Shown piece after piece: positions 37,052 to 46,964 of a stretch of DNA of 64,000 nucleotides. A program made the position numbers and the translations under genes. The first letter of the stretch is position 1; the number at the start of each line of letters is the position of its first letter. The stretch is from Minisyncoccota bacterium. GTDB taxonomy: Bacteria > Patescibacteriota > Minisyncoccia > Phycocordibacterales > CSBR16-193. Below the pieces are notes generated by a model, which worked only from the letters and a program-made list of their open reading frames with translations, was not told the DNA's origin and did not search any database. The stretch spans positions 395,095-459,094 of the forward strand of contig JBBDRA010000003.1 of the NCBI GenBank assembly GCA_040905715.1, in the 5' to 3' direction.

Positions 37052-38761
37052 CTATCGGTCAGGCGGAACTTCGTAATAATTTATTAAATAAGTTATCAGA
37101 TCCATAAACGGGTCTGTCAGTGTTTGTGAAGCGTACTGGGTTCCTTGCGGTTCGATCGTGTACAGGAACACAAGAAACTTGGGGTCGTACGCGGGGGCAT
37201 ACCCGAAAAACGAGTGAAGGTATTTATTCTCATAGTAACCGCTACCGCCAACAATTGGGATCTGAGCTGTGCCGGTCTTTGCCGCTATTGAGTGGCGATC
37301 ACGTGCATGTTCGCCACCAGCTAATGCTTCATCGACAACATTCACCAGCATCCTGGTAATAGTCTCTGACGTAGTTGGATCGATCACTTGTTCACCGACA
37401 TCCGGCACCAGTGACGTTGACCCGCCAATATCATAAACGATCTTCCTGCCAACATGAGGTGTCACAAGGCGACCTCCATTTGCCAGAACAGCAAGGGCGC
37501 GTGTCGTACTGATCGGTGACATAGCGATTCCTTGCCCGTATGACGCAGTAGCAACTTCAATATCTCGAGCTGTTTCCAGGTTACTGATCAATCCGCTTGT
37601 CTCGCTTGGTAGATCAATTTTGGTTTTCTCGCCAAGTCCGAAGGCCCGCATTTTATTAGCAAACCTCTCAACATCTACTTGCTGAGCAACAAATGCTGAT
37701 CCGGTATTAAGTGATTCATTGAGAACATCCTGCATTGACACAATACCTCGGCCAACACCGTCGTAGTTCTTTATTGTATATCCGCTTAATTCAAGAAATC
37801 CTTTGTCATTGTATGTAGTGTCAGGTGTGATTGCGCCGGCATCGAGCCCGATCGCCATAGTTATCGGTTTTATGATCGACCCCATTTCATGAACATTCTC
37901 GATAAGTGGATTCTTGAACATCGACTGATCTGTACCACTGCGATCGTTGGGATCATACGTTGGATCTACTGCCATCGCCAGTATCTGACCGGTTGCAGGA
38001 TCCATAATAATGCCACCCGTCAAACGAGAATTCCAGGTATTCGATATCTTTTCTAGCTGACTTTCGAGAAGAGCCTGGACGTTCGGCTCAATACCGGTAA
38101 CAATGCTACCTTGCTTTGCTGATCCTTGAAATATCGTGTCCTTCATATTTGAGAACACCTCGGCAAAGAAATTTACATGAAGCTGACTATTGCCGCGCCT
38201 TAAGACTTCTTCATAAAACCTCTCAAGTCCGTATTGACCGACGTTTTTACCGTCCTGATACCCTACGATCCCAAGCGTGTGAGCTGCCATTGAATCGCCC
38301 GGATAATGCCGCCATTTCTCCTTATAAAGCTGCACACCTTCAAGTGGCAGTTCATCGAGAGCATCAGCTGTTACTCTATCGAGACGTTTTGCTATCTCCT
38401 CGTAGGGATCATCTTCTTTGGCCGCCTTTTCTAAAAAAGATTCCTTTTCTATATCAATAATTGAACTCAGGAGTCTATAGGTCTCCTCAGGTCTACTGAC
38501 TTGCTGAGGATTTATCGCGACAGTAAAACCGGAATCGAGAGTTGCCGCCGGGAGTGGCTCGCCGTCATGCGGTTGAAAGTATATAGTACCTCTATTATAC
38601 AAGTTGTGATTGGGGCGAACATACTGATGATCTGCCTCTTCACTGTACTGAGCTCCATTAACGATCTGAACGAGATACAATTTCCCGACCAGCCCGATAC
38701 CAACAAGTATTACTAAAAATAGAAGTGCTCGAATTCGACCTGTTGATCCAATAACCGCCAT
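37052..38761 (-). CDS. ftsI: Class B penicillin-binding protein (FtsI-like)
   Basis: GSIIK, SLN and KTG motifs; follows mraZ-rsmH-ftsL. Confidence 0.88.
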   Translation of the reverse strand: MAVIGSTGRIRALLFLVILVGIGLVGKLYLVQIVNGAQYSEEADHQYVRPNHNLYNRGTIYFQPHDGEPLPAATLDSGFTVAINPQQVSRPEETYRLLSSIIDIEKESFLEKAAKEDDPYEEIAKRLDRVTADALDELPLEGVQLYKEKWRHYPGDSMAAHTLGIVGYQDGKNVGQYGLERFYEEVLRRGNSQLHVNFFAEVFSNMKDTIFQGSAKQGSIVTGIEPNVQALLESQLEKISNTWNSRLTGGIIMDPATGQILAMAVDPTYDPNDRSGTDQSMFKNPLIENVHEMGSIIKPITMAIGLDAGAITPDTTYNDKGFLELSGYTIKNYDGVGRGIVSMQDVLNESLNTGSAFVAQQVDVERFANKMRAFGLGEKTKIDLPSETSGLISNLETARDIEVATASYGQGIAMSPISTTRALAVLANGGRLVTPHVGRKIVYDIGGSTSLVPDVGEQVIDPTTSETITRMLVNVVDEALAGGEHARDRHSIAAKTGTAQIPIVGGSGYYENKYLHSFFGYAPAYDPKFLVFLYTIEPQGTQYASQTLTDPFMDLITYLINYYEVPPDR

Positions 38762-38789
38762 GTGATATCCAGACTACACTATGATCGGA

Positions 38790-39116
38790 CTAGATACTAC
38801 CTTGAGTACCGCCGGCCTGACCAAGTGCAGGTCTTGTTATATATGTCACCCGGTCTTCCTCGACAAATCCAAGCTCCTTTGCCTTTTCCAGATCAATATC
38901 ATTCTTCTGGTGAATATATTCAAACTCAAGGCTGCCTATCTCAGAACTCAATAGCGCTAGCTCCTGCTGAAGATCCTGCCGCTCAACAACATTATATACC
39001 GTTTGGTTGATGGCGTAGAAATAAAACCCTACTGAAAGTAGGAACATAGATCCAAGCACCCACACGGCAAAACCGTCGGAATAATATTGTGATACTGTTT
39101 TTTTAAATTGAGTCAT
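38790..39116 (-). CDS. FtsL-like cell division protein
   Basis: TM helix plus coiled coil ending AKELGF; lies between rsmH and ftsI. Confidence 0.7.
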   Translation of the reverse strand: MTQFKKTVSQYYSDGFAVWVLGSMFLLSVGFYFYAINQTVYNVVERQDLQQELALLSSEIGSLEFEYIHQKNDIDLEKAKELGFVEEDRVTYITRPALGQAGGTQGSI

Positions 39117-39200
39117 AGTAGTTTATATTTTCTTTACTCATGCTTCTTTGTCATAAAAGTATCTTCCAGTACAAAAATAATTTTGTATTCGAAGATAATT

Positions 39201-40133
39201 TCATAATGCAGGATTCTTTTGGAATATTCGTAATTTTGCACTTCTTGATCGCGGATTTGCTTCTCGTTCCTCATCGTCTGGTCCAACCGGCTTCTTGGTC
39301 ACGATTGTGCCAAGCTTTTCTTTTGACCATTCACGAAACTGACGCTTAACTATTCGGTCTTCCAGACTATGAAAGCTGATCACTGCAACACGCCCGTCAG
39401 GAGAAAGAACCTCGAGGCTCTTTCGTAGACCCTCTTCGAGCACCGTGATCTCATCGTTTACCGCCATTCGTATTGCCTGGAAGGTCAAGGTGGCCGAATG
39501 AAGTCTGCCGTGTCGATACCATACCGGAACAGCCTCCTCAATGATCTGTGCGAGCTCCTTGGTACTTTCGATCCGCTTTCGCTCTCGTGCCTCTGTTATG
39601 CATCGTGCGATGCGACCGGCGAATCGCTCCTCACCATATCCTCGGATGATCGTTCGAAGTGCCTTCTCATCCCAGGAATTAACGACGGTCTCTGCTGTCA
39701 CGCCACTGTCGCCCATCTCGCTTGCATACATCATCTTCAGAGGCTCGTCGCGCCGAAAACTGAAACCTCTGCCTGACTGTTCGATCTGCGGAGTGCTCCA
39801 GCCAAGATCAAATAGGATCTTGTCAACAGAATCATGTCCTACCGTTTTTAGAGACTGATCCAGATCGCGGAAATTATTGACAACGAACGTTACACGGCAT
39901 TTGTTGTCAGCGATTACTCCGGAAAGCCTCTCCTTAGCCCGAGCGATCTGTTGACCATCAGCATCGGTCCCAATAAGCTCAACTGAGTCACCGTAGCGAT
40001 CACAGAAGGCTGATAAATGTCCGCCGTCACCGGCAGTAACATCAAGGATGATATCGCCTTCTTTCACCGCTAGCCCGCCGAGCACTTCCTGAACTAATAC
40101 TGACTCATGCCATTCCATATACGTATACTTCAT
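39201..40133 (-). CDS. rsmH: 16S rRNA m4C1402 methyltransferase
   Basis: D.TAGDGGH, DLGWS, RGFSF, ISFHSLEDR and NPRSRSAKLR motifs. Confidence 0.97.
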   Translation of the reverse strand: MKYTYMEWHESVLVQEVLGGLAVKEGDIILDVTAGDGGHLSAFCDRYGDSVELIGTDADGQQIARAKERLSGVIADNKCRVTFVVNNFRDLDQSLKTVGHDSVDKILFDLGWSTPQIEQSGRGFSFRRDEPLKMMYASEMGDSGVTAETVVNSWDEKALRTIIRGYGEERFAGRIARCITEARERKRIESTKELAQIIEEAVPVWYRHGRLHSATLTFQAIRMAVNDEITVLEEGLRKSLEVLSPDGRVAVISFHSLEDRIVKRQFREWSKEKLGTIVTKKPVGPDDEEREANPRSRSAKLRIFQKNPAL

Positions 40134-40144
40134 TTCTATCGTTC

Positions 40145-40579
40145 TCAGAATTCCTTCGTTTCGCCGAGCTGTTCGGCGAGAACATCCGCCTGCCCTTCTA
40201 TCTTGCGTTTGTACTTACTCCACGCCTGGTCATTCCAGATCTCGATCCGATCATAGACTCCGGCAAAAACAACCTTACTCTTGAGACCGGCAAATGTTTT
40301 AAGAAAATCCGGGATCAGAATACGGCCGTTCTTGTCGATGTCTACTTCTTGAGCTCCGGCGAACAAGAATCGGTTGAGGCCTCGTTTATCTGCTTTTGAA
40401 AGACCAAGCTCACCAACATGCTTACTCAGTTTTTCCCATTCACTCATCGAATACAGAAAGAGGCAGGTATCTAAACCGCGGGTGATGATCACTTTTTTAC
40501 CAAGCTCTTTACGAAATTTGCTCGGTAGCGCGATTCGAGATTTATCGTCTACTGAATGGGTATATTCGCCGATCAGCAT
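40145..40579 (-). CDS. mraZ: Division/cell-wall cluster transcriptional repressor
   Basis: GEYTHSVDDK.R..LPSKFR, D..GRILIP and RIEIW motifs. Confidence 0.97.
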   Translation of the reverse strand: MLIGEYTHSVDDKSRIALPSKFRKELGKKVIITRGLDTCLFLYSMSEWEKLSKHVGELGLSKADKRGLNRFLFAGAQEVDIDKNGRILIPDFLKTFAGLKSKVVFAGVYDRIEIWNDQAWSKYKRKIEGQADVLAEQLGETKEF

Positions 40580-40658
40580 ATGGTTGTGAGAGTGAGGTTA
40601 GGTAACCTGTCGGGTTCCGCTCGGTAATACCGGGCGGAAACTGACAGGTTTTTCTATA

Positions 40659-40709
40659 CCACTTTCTCCCACTCATCTACCATTATATCCCACCACCTCC
40701 CACTTGCAA
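40659..40709 (-). promoter_or_regulatory. dcw promoter with MraZ boxes
   Basis: TTGCAA-16-TATAAT overlapped by GTGG(G) repeats at 10-bp periodicity. Confidence 0.8.
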
Positions 40710-40758
40710 GCCCCTGTATGTGGACAACCAGTGACTATTCAGGCAAGTAAATGCACAC

Positions 40759-40793
40759 AAAAAGAACGGCTCACATTGCTTGTGAGCCGTTCT
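40759..40793 (-). terminator. lysS terminator
   Basis: AGAACGGCTCACA-AGCAA-TGTGAGCCGTTCTTTTT on the minus strand. Confidence 0.8.
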
Positions 40794-40810
40794 AGTCCAT
40801 CTTTTATGAA

Positions 40811-42289
40811 TCACTGACCCTCTTTGGGTTTCAGTAGCGGGAACAATATAACGTCGCGTATATTGTGGGAATCTGTCAGAAGCATCGTCATGCGATCTAT
40901 CGAAATAGCTGAGCCGGCTGCCGGCGGTAGACCGTACTCAATAGCTTCAATGTATTCCTGATCGAACGGCTGAGCCTCCTCGTCTCCGGCTTCTTTTACC
41001 TTCTGTTGCGCTTCAAACCGCCTCTTTTGCTCGACCGGATCATTTAATTCTGAGAATCCATTAACTATCTCCAGACCGCCAACTACTAACTGGTACCGGT
41101 CAACCATTGTCGGGTCATCGTCCTTTTGTTTAGCCAGCGGAGAAAAATCAGTTGGGTATTCGACAATATACGTAGGCTGAATGAGCTTTGGCTTGCATGT
41201 TTTTTTATAAATATTATCAACTATCTTTACGGTTGTATCAGAATCGGCTACCGGCACACAGAGCTCTTGAGCTTTTGCTTTTGCTTGCTCGAGCGAGAGG
41301 CTTCCTACATCCTCAATGCCGGCGTGCGTTTTGAGCAAATCGGTATAGGTAATAACATCAAACGGCGCAGCATACGAGATCATATCATCGCCAAACAGAA
41401 CATCGGTGCCGCCGGTGACTCGTTCTACGGTACCTTGAATGACTTGCTCAATAAAACCGCGGTGTCGCTCGGCCGTGCTGTAGGCAACATAAAATTCTAC
41501 CGTCGTAAACTCCGGATTATGAGTTACATCTATTCCCTCATTTCGAAATAGACGTCCAAGCTCGTACACCTTCTGGTAACCGGCCACAAGCAATTCTTTG
41601 AGGTACAGCTCGGGGGCCACACGCAAGTACAGATCTAGATCGAGCGCGTTGTGGTGCGTTTGAAACGGCTGAGCAGTCGCGCCACCGGCAAGACGCTGAA
41701 GGACCGGTGTTTCAACCTCCAAGTATCCGTCGTCATCCAAAAATGAGCGTATCGCCTGAACGATCTTTGAGCGAGCTACGAACCGATCACGCGTTTCGTC
41801 AGACATTAAAATATCAAGGTATCGCTGTCGGTACTTTGTTTCCTGATCCTGTAGACCGTGCCATTTCTCGGGCAAAGGACGCAGTGACTTGGTCAGCATT
41901 GACCAGTCGCTGACCTCGAGCGTTTCTTCACCACGCTTTGTGACCAAGAGTGTCCCGGTCCACTGAATAACATCCCCTACATCAACTGTTTCCTCCCAAA
42001 GATCGAAGAGTTCTTCGCTCACTCCTTCACCGCGCTTAAGCAGACCCTGGAAGCGAGCTGTTCCGTCGCTTATATTGCAAAACGTTATCTTCCCTTGCGG
42101 GCGCAGCGACAGAACTCTACCGACAAGCGTAACCTTCTCTCCAACCTCAGAAAGCTCAGTAAAACGCCCTCGCAGATCTGCGAGTGTATAGTCCGCACGT
42201 GATTCTACCGGATACGGATTCACACCCCGTTCACGTAGTTTTTCAAGTTTTTGGAGTCGTTCCTGTCGGATCTCCTCGATTGATGCCAT
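40811..42289 (-). CDS. lysS: Lysine--tRNA ligase (class II)
   Basis: YRQRYLD, GGATA.PF, FRNEG..THNPEF and EYGLPP motifs. Confidence 0.98.
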   Translation of the reverse strand: MASIEEIRQERLQKLEKLRERGVNPYPVESRADYTLADLRGRFTELSEVGEKVTLVGRVLSLRPQGKITFCNISDGTARFQGLLKRGEGVSEELFDLWEETVDVGDVIQWTGTLLVTKRGEETLEVSDWSMLTKSLRPLPEKWHGLQDQETKYRQRYLDILMSDETRDRFVARSKIVQAIRSFLDDDGYLEVETPVLQRLAGGATAQPFQTHHNALDLDLYLRVAPELYLKELLVAGYQKVYELGRLFRNEGIDVTHNPEFTTVEFYVAYSTAERHRGFIEQVIQGTVERVTGGTDVLFGDDMISYAAPFDVITYTDLLKTHAGIEDVGSLSLEQAKAKAQELCVPVADSDTTVKIVDNIYKKTCKPKLIQPTYIVEYPTDFSPLAKQKDDDPTMVDRYQLVVGGLEIVNGFSELNDPVEQKRRFEAQQKVKEAGDEEAQPFDQEYIEAIEYGLPPAAGSAISIDRMTMLLTDSHNIRDVILFPLLKPKEGQ

Positions 42290-42310
42290 AACAAATTACT
42301 GATACTTCAC

Positions 42311-42778
42311 CTACGAAATATCTTTTATAACATAACTCTTAGCCCCACCCGGTGTTTGGGCAACCACCTCGTCGCCTTTCTTTTTACCAAAGATCACCTC
42401 ACCGATCGGTGATTTAATTGATATCTTACCCTGTGTTGTGTCTGCTTCTTCAGTTCCTACGATCGTAAATTCTTGAGTTTTTCCTTTTTCCTTCTGGACC
42501 AAAACAACATGCGACCCTACGGTTACCGAATCTACTCCGTGAGTAGAGACGATCTCAGCGTTCTTCAAAAGATGTTCGAGGTGCGCAATACGATCCTCAA
42601 CTTTAGCTTGCATGTCACGTGCCTCCTGGTACTCTGCGTTCTCAGAAAGGTCGCCAAGTGACTTGGCGTATTCGAGCTGATCAGCAACTTCCTTGCGACG
42701 ACGTGTCCGTAGATATTCAAGTTCGTCTTGCACTTCCTGATGCTTTTCCGGAGTTAAATATTCTTTCTCATCAGCCAT
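42311..42778 (-). CDS. greA: Transcription elongation factor GreA
   Basis: GDLSENAEY and IS..SPIG motifs. Confidence 0.98.
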   Translation of the reverse strand: MADEKEYLTPEKHQEVQDELEYLRTRRRKEVADQLEYAKSLGDLSENAEYQEARDMQAKVEDRIAHLEHLLKNAEIVSTHGVDSVTVGSHVVLVQKEKGKTQEFTIVGTEEADTTQGKISIKSPIGEVIFGKKKGDEVVAQTPGGAKSYVIKDIS

Positions 42779-42819
42779 GAAATGAAAGTTAGTTCGTAAT
42801 TTTACTATATTCTCTCCTC

Positions 42820-42946
42820 GCCAGGTTTTAAAAAAGCCCGCGTTCTGCGAGTAGTCAGTAAGTACTTATCTTGTTGAAGACCACTAACTACCCTATTACT
42901 GTCATATCTGTGACGGTAATAAACGCGGCGCCCTTAAAACCAAGGC
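42820..42946 (-). ncRNA. Multi-stem structured greA leader
   Basis: Four nested or branched helices downstream of a TTGACA-18-TATAAT promoter (43008-42979). Confidence 0.55.
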
Positions 42947-43049
42947 TTGAATGTAGTCTCATTCTTTTCATCCCGTCTATTATAACGAGGAGTTTATTGT
43001 ATTGTCAATGTTTTTATGTGTGCGCACAGAAAACCAAAAATATTTAGCT

Positions 43050-44750
43050 TTATAGAGCCGTATATATTGATTTCTCCTGATGCATCCAGTCAATAAGATT
43101 TCTCATGACCCAGACTCCTCCGTATAAGTTTTCTCGAGGACCCCGTTCCATCACTACAACAAATGCATATTTCGGCTCGTCATACGGATAAAAACCAATG
43201 ATCCAAGAGTTCACGCTAGCCTTTCCGATCTCGGCAGTACCGGTTTTTGCGGCAACATCAAGGAATGAAGTGTTCAATCCCGCAGCAGTGCCGCTCGTTA
43301 CTGCGCGGCGCATTCCCTCTCGTACCACTTGGAAATCTTCTTCGGCAATAGGAATATCTTTCTCACCGGTCACCTGAGATCGATCACTCTGCCGCAACAT
43401 CGGCTGCACCCGATAACCACCGTTGGCAATAGCAGCGGTTGCCTGAAGCGCCTGAATAGGCGTGACCAGTGTTCCATACTGACCGATAGAGGTGTTATAC
43501 GTATCACCTACTCGCCACACCTGATCTTCAAAGTTATCTTGTTTCCACTGCGGTGAAGGTATTACACCCTTTATCTCACCTGCCAGATCAATGCCCGTCT
43601 TCTCACCAAATCCAAACATATTCATGTACTTCTTGATCTTGGTGATACCCAAGCCGGGCTGACTCTCAAAGCCGCCGCCGATCTGATAAAAATACACGTT
43701 TGAAGAGACAGCAAGGGCTTCGCGCATGTCCACCGCGCCATGAGCTTTCCAGTCAGCAAAAGATGTCGACTCATCCGGATCGTAGGGATTCGGCACAACA
43801 AGAGATCCGGTACTCATGATGGTTTTGGATGGTGAGATAATGTCCTCATGAAGCGCCCCAAGCGCAAGAAATGGCTTCACGATCGATCCGGCAACAAATG
43901 AACCTCCGATAACCCGGTTAAGAAACGGATTTCCTTCTATCTCTTGGATTTTTTGGATGGCCTCACTGTCCCCTTCGGTCATGATGCCCGAATCGTATTC
44001 AGGATAACTGGTTAGAGCGAGCACTTCCCCGGTTTCTACATCCATGATAGCACCGGCTCCGCCCTGAAAACCGGAATCGATCGATCGGTCACGTATAAGT
44101 TCGAAAAGTTTATGTTGAACATCACTATCGATCGCGAGATGAAGATTTTTACCGTTTTGAGGATGACGTACAGTGCTCCCCGAGCGAATAGTATTTTGTG
44201 CATCGATCTCAACGATCTGGATGCCATGCTGACCACTCAAATAATTATTAAAAGATTCTTCAACACCGCTTTTTCCATCGTAACTTACTCGATAATAGAC
44301 ACCCGACGAATCACGCGATGGATATTTAAGATACCCAAGTAAATGTGACAGACCAGTCTTCGACGTGTATTTACGATGTGCAAAATCATCTGTTGAAGTG
44401 GCAGTGTAATTCCAAGCCAGGCGTGTACGATCTCGATCGAATACCGCTCCGCGTTCAGAAAATATAAGAGCATGCCGCAACCGATTCTCCTGACTACGCT
44501 GCGCAAAATCCTCCCCTCTCACAATCTGAAGACTTGCGATCCTACCTGTATAGATAAGTGACACGAGAAGAAACACCATCCCCGTCATGACCACTACCCG
44601 AAACGAAATTCGGCGGTCAAATCTTCCTTCCATGTGGTGTCGATCAAATTGAGGAAGGTTGTGAGAATCCAGCAACACATCTTCGGGGTATATTTCAAGA
44701 CCCCGTCCTCGGCCGAAAAATCGCCTGATTGCTTTAAGTATAGTTCGCAT
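43050..44750 (-). CDS. mrdA: Penicillin-binding protein 2
   Basis: GSIVK, SSN and KTG motifs; follows mreBCD. Confidence 0.9.
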   Translation of the reverse strand: MRTILKAIRRFFGRGRGLEIYPEDVLLDSHNLPQFDRHHMEGRFDRRISFRVVVMTGMVFLLVSLIYTGRIASLQIVRGEDFAQRSQENRLRHALIFSERGAVFDRDRTRLAWNYTATSTDDFAHRKYTSKTGLSHLLGYLKYPSRDSSGVYYRVSYDGKSGVEESFNNYLSGQHGIQIVEIDAQNTIRSGSTVRHPQNGKNLHLAIDSDVQHKLFELIRDRSIDSGFQGGAGAIMDVETGEVLALTSYPEYDSGIMTEGDSEAIQKIQEIEGNPFLNRVIGGSFVAGSIVKPFLALGALHEDIISPSKTIMSTGSLVVPNPYDPDESTSFADWKAHGAVDMREALAVSSNVYFYQIGGGFESQPGLGITKIKKYMNMFGFGEKTGIDLAGEIKGVIPSPQWKQDNFEDQVWRVGDTYNTSIGQYGTLVTPIQALQATAAIANGGYRVQPMLRQSDRSQVTGEKDIPIAEEDFQVVREGMRRAVTSGTAAGLNTSFLDVAAKTGTAEIGKASVNSWIIGFYPYDEPKYAFVVVMERGPRENLYGGVWVMRNLIDWMHQEKSIYTAL

Positions 44751-44788
44751 AAATAGAGTCTTTGACCTCCCCAACCGCACCAGAGAAC

Positions 44789-45058
44789 CTAGCTTGACTG
44801 ACGCACCTCATAAAAACGCAGCCGCGACTTTAAGGTCTGCACAACGAGAAACAGTACAAGCATGAAGACTGCCTGCCACGGCACACCAACACCGACCGTA
44901 GATGCCCCGAAGAGAATATCACCCAGAAGCGCCACCGCGATCGCCTCAGCATAATAATTAAAAACGAACAGCCCTAAGGCTGTCATAGGCAACACTACCC
45001 ACCATGGTGCGAGCAAGACACCAAGTATAAGTACGAGACTGCTAAGAAGCCTGATCAT
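44789..45058 (-). CDS. Small membrane protein at the mreD position
   Basis: Very hydrophobic; lies between mreC and mrdA. Confidence 0.65.
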   Translation of the reverse strand: MIRLLSSLVLILGVLLAPWWVVLPMTALGLFVFNYYAEAIAVALLGDILFGASTVGVGVPWQAVFMLVLFLVVQTLKSRLRFYEVRQSS

Positions 45059-45093
45059 AGGTGATGTATCTGATCTTTTACAATTATATTCAT

Positions 45094-45909
45094 CTAAAAC
45101 AACTGCTCATTATGGTCTACGATCCGCACCCAGCGAAGCTGGGTAACATTAAGGGGTGATCGAGCTCGAATATGCTGGAATGAGTCCGTTGGATCGACCC
45201 TCACCTCAACTACGCGGGCAAATTCAAGTGCGCGCGAGTCAGGAAGCGTTATTATATCATCCTCATAAACATCAATATCTTTTGGGATCTCAGCACGAAA
45301 AGACCCACCTCCCTCGCCTAGTAAGGTTACCGTTATATCTTCGCCCACAATGATACCGGGAGTTTCAACGCCGGTGGTTGAATACAATTCAGCAACTGCT
45401 GTATTTGCATACACCTCGTGAATACGCCCTAGTCCCACATCACCATAGATCACTCTATCCTCAACATCTATCCCTTGCTGACTACCCACATCAAGAACCA
45501 CCAGATCATGAGGTGATTGTGGCGGCGTCGTCAGAACAGAGGCAAGAATTCCACTGCTCGTCGTCGCCCGAGACCACATATCACGAAACAATGTATTCTC
45601 CTCTTCAAGGATCAGTCGCTGACCTAGCTCTACTTCAGCAAGCTTTATCTTCTCACGAAGCTCCTCGTTCGTGTGCTGTAGAGAACTTTTTGTTGTGAAG
45701 TAGCCAGTAAAAGACGATGAGCCATCCGAAAATAAGCCGCCTATACTCCATATAGGCGAAGCTACTGCATGAAACACTCCGGTGATACCACCCGGTGCGA
45801 ACATATACAAACCACCAACGAGAACGGTAACTATAATTACAATAGTTCCCGACAAACGACGGCGACGTCTCTGTTGTATTTTACGCTGTTGGAGGTAGTT
45901 CATCTTCAT
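45094..45909 (-). CDS. mreC: Rod shape-determining protein MreC
   Basis: TM helix, coiled coil (EEEN..R), LDVGSQQGI beta domain; follows mreB. Confidence 0.9.
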   Translation of the reverse strand: MKMNYLQQRKIQQRRRRRLSGTIVIIVTVLVGGLYMFAPGGITGVFHAVASPIWSIGGLFSDGSSSFTGYFTTKSSLQHTNEELREKIKLAEVELGQRLILEEENTLFRDMWSRATTSSGILASVLTTPPQSPHDLVVLDVGSQQGIDVEDRVIYGDVGLGRIHEVYANTAVAELYSTTGVETPGIIVGEDITVTLLGEGGGSFRAEIPKDIDVYEDDIITLPDSRALEFARVVEVRVDPTDSFQHIRARSPLNVTQLRWVRIVDHNEQLF

Positions 45910-46957
45910 TAACAATAAGAACCTCTTCAAATGCTTCCATATTCTCCAAGATAACCCCTGTACCGCGCGCAACAGCTGTCAGTGGATCATCCGCGACATG
46001 AACAGGAACCTTAATATACTCCGTAAGCAATTGATCCAGTCCGGTCAGCAGCGCACCACCACCGACAAGATAGATACCTCGTTGCATCACGTCAGCCAAG
46101 ACTTCCGGCGGTGTTGCTTCCAGCACCTCACGCACCGATTCAACAAGTGTATCTATCGAGTGAGAGATAGCCTCGCGCACATCAGTATCAGTGATCACTA
46201 CTTCTCGAGGCAAGCCGGTAACAAGATCTCGACCTTTGACCGGCGCCTCAGTCGGCTCATCACTGCCAATAACCGTTCCGAGTTTCAACTTGATCAGCTC
46301 TGCAGTTTTCTCACCGACCAATATCTTAAACTCGCTTCGAATATACGACATAATATCGTTGTTGAGTTTGTCACCGGCAATGCGCAAGTTCTTAGCCTGA
46401 ACGACACCGTTGAGTGATATAACCGCGATATCAGACGTTCCGCCACCGATATCAATGATCATGCTTCCCATTGGATCACGCACCGGAAGCCGGACCCCGA
46501 TAGCTGCTGCCATAGGCTCTTCAACAATATGCACTTCACGTGCCCCGGCGTTCTTTGTCGCATCGCGCACGGCGCGTATCTCAACGTTGGTGATACCTGA
46601 GGGCACCCCAACCACAACGCGGGGACCGAGAAGCTTACGTGACTTCTCCTGAGCTTTATTAAGTAAATAGGCGATCATCTCCTCAGTGACCTCGAAATCA
46701 GAGATAACCCCGTCAATCAACGGATGGACCGCAGTGATGTGTGGCGGAGTTCGACCGAGCATTTGCTTGGCCTGCACACCGACTGCTACTACTTGATCTG
46801 TTTTTTGATTCACCGCAACGACCGACGGCTCATTGATCACAATTCCTTTACCACGAACGTACACCAGCGTATTTGCTGTTCCAAGATCGATGCCGATATC
46901 ATTCGACATCCATCGCTTCATACGATCAAGTGACGGAAATTCGGGTAAGAAATCCAT
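45881..46957 (-). CDS. mreB: Rod shape-determining protein MreB
   Basis: DLGTANT, EEPMAAAIG, DIGGGT and GGGALL motifs. Confidence 0.96.
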   Translation of the reverse strand: MDFLPEFPSLDRMKRWMSNDIGIDLGTANTLVYVRGKGIVINEPSVVAVNQKTDQVVAVGVQAKQMLGRTPPHITAVHPLIDGVISDFEVTEEMIAYLLNKAQEKSRKLLGPRVVVGVPSGITNVEIRAVRDATKNAGAREVHIVEEPMAAAIGVRLPVRDPMGSMIIDIGGGTSDIAVISLNGVVQAKNLRIAGDKLNNDIMSYIRSEFKILVGEKTAELIKLKLGTVIGSDEPTEAPVKGRDLVTGLPREVVITDTDVREAISHSIDTLVESVREVLEATPPEVLADVMQRGIYLVGGGALLTGLDQLLTEYIKVPVHVADDPLTAVARGTGVILENMEAFEEVLIVNEDELPPTA

Positions 46958-46964
46958 ATATTCT

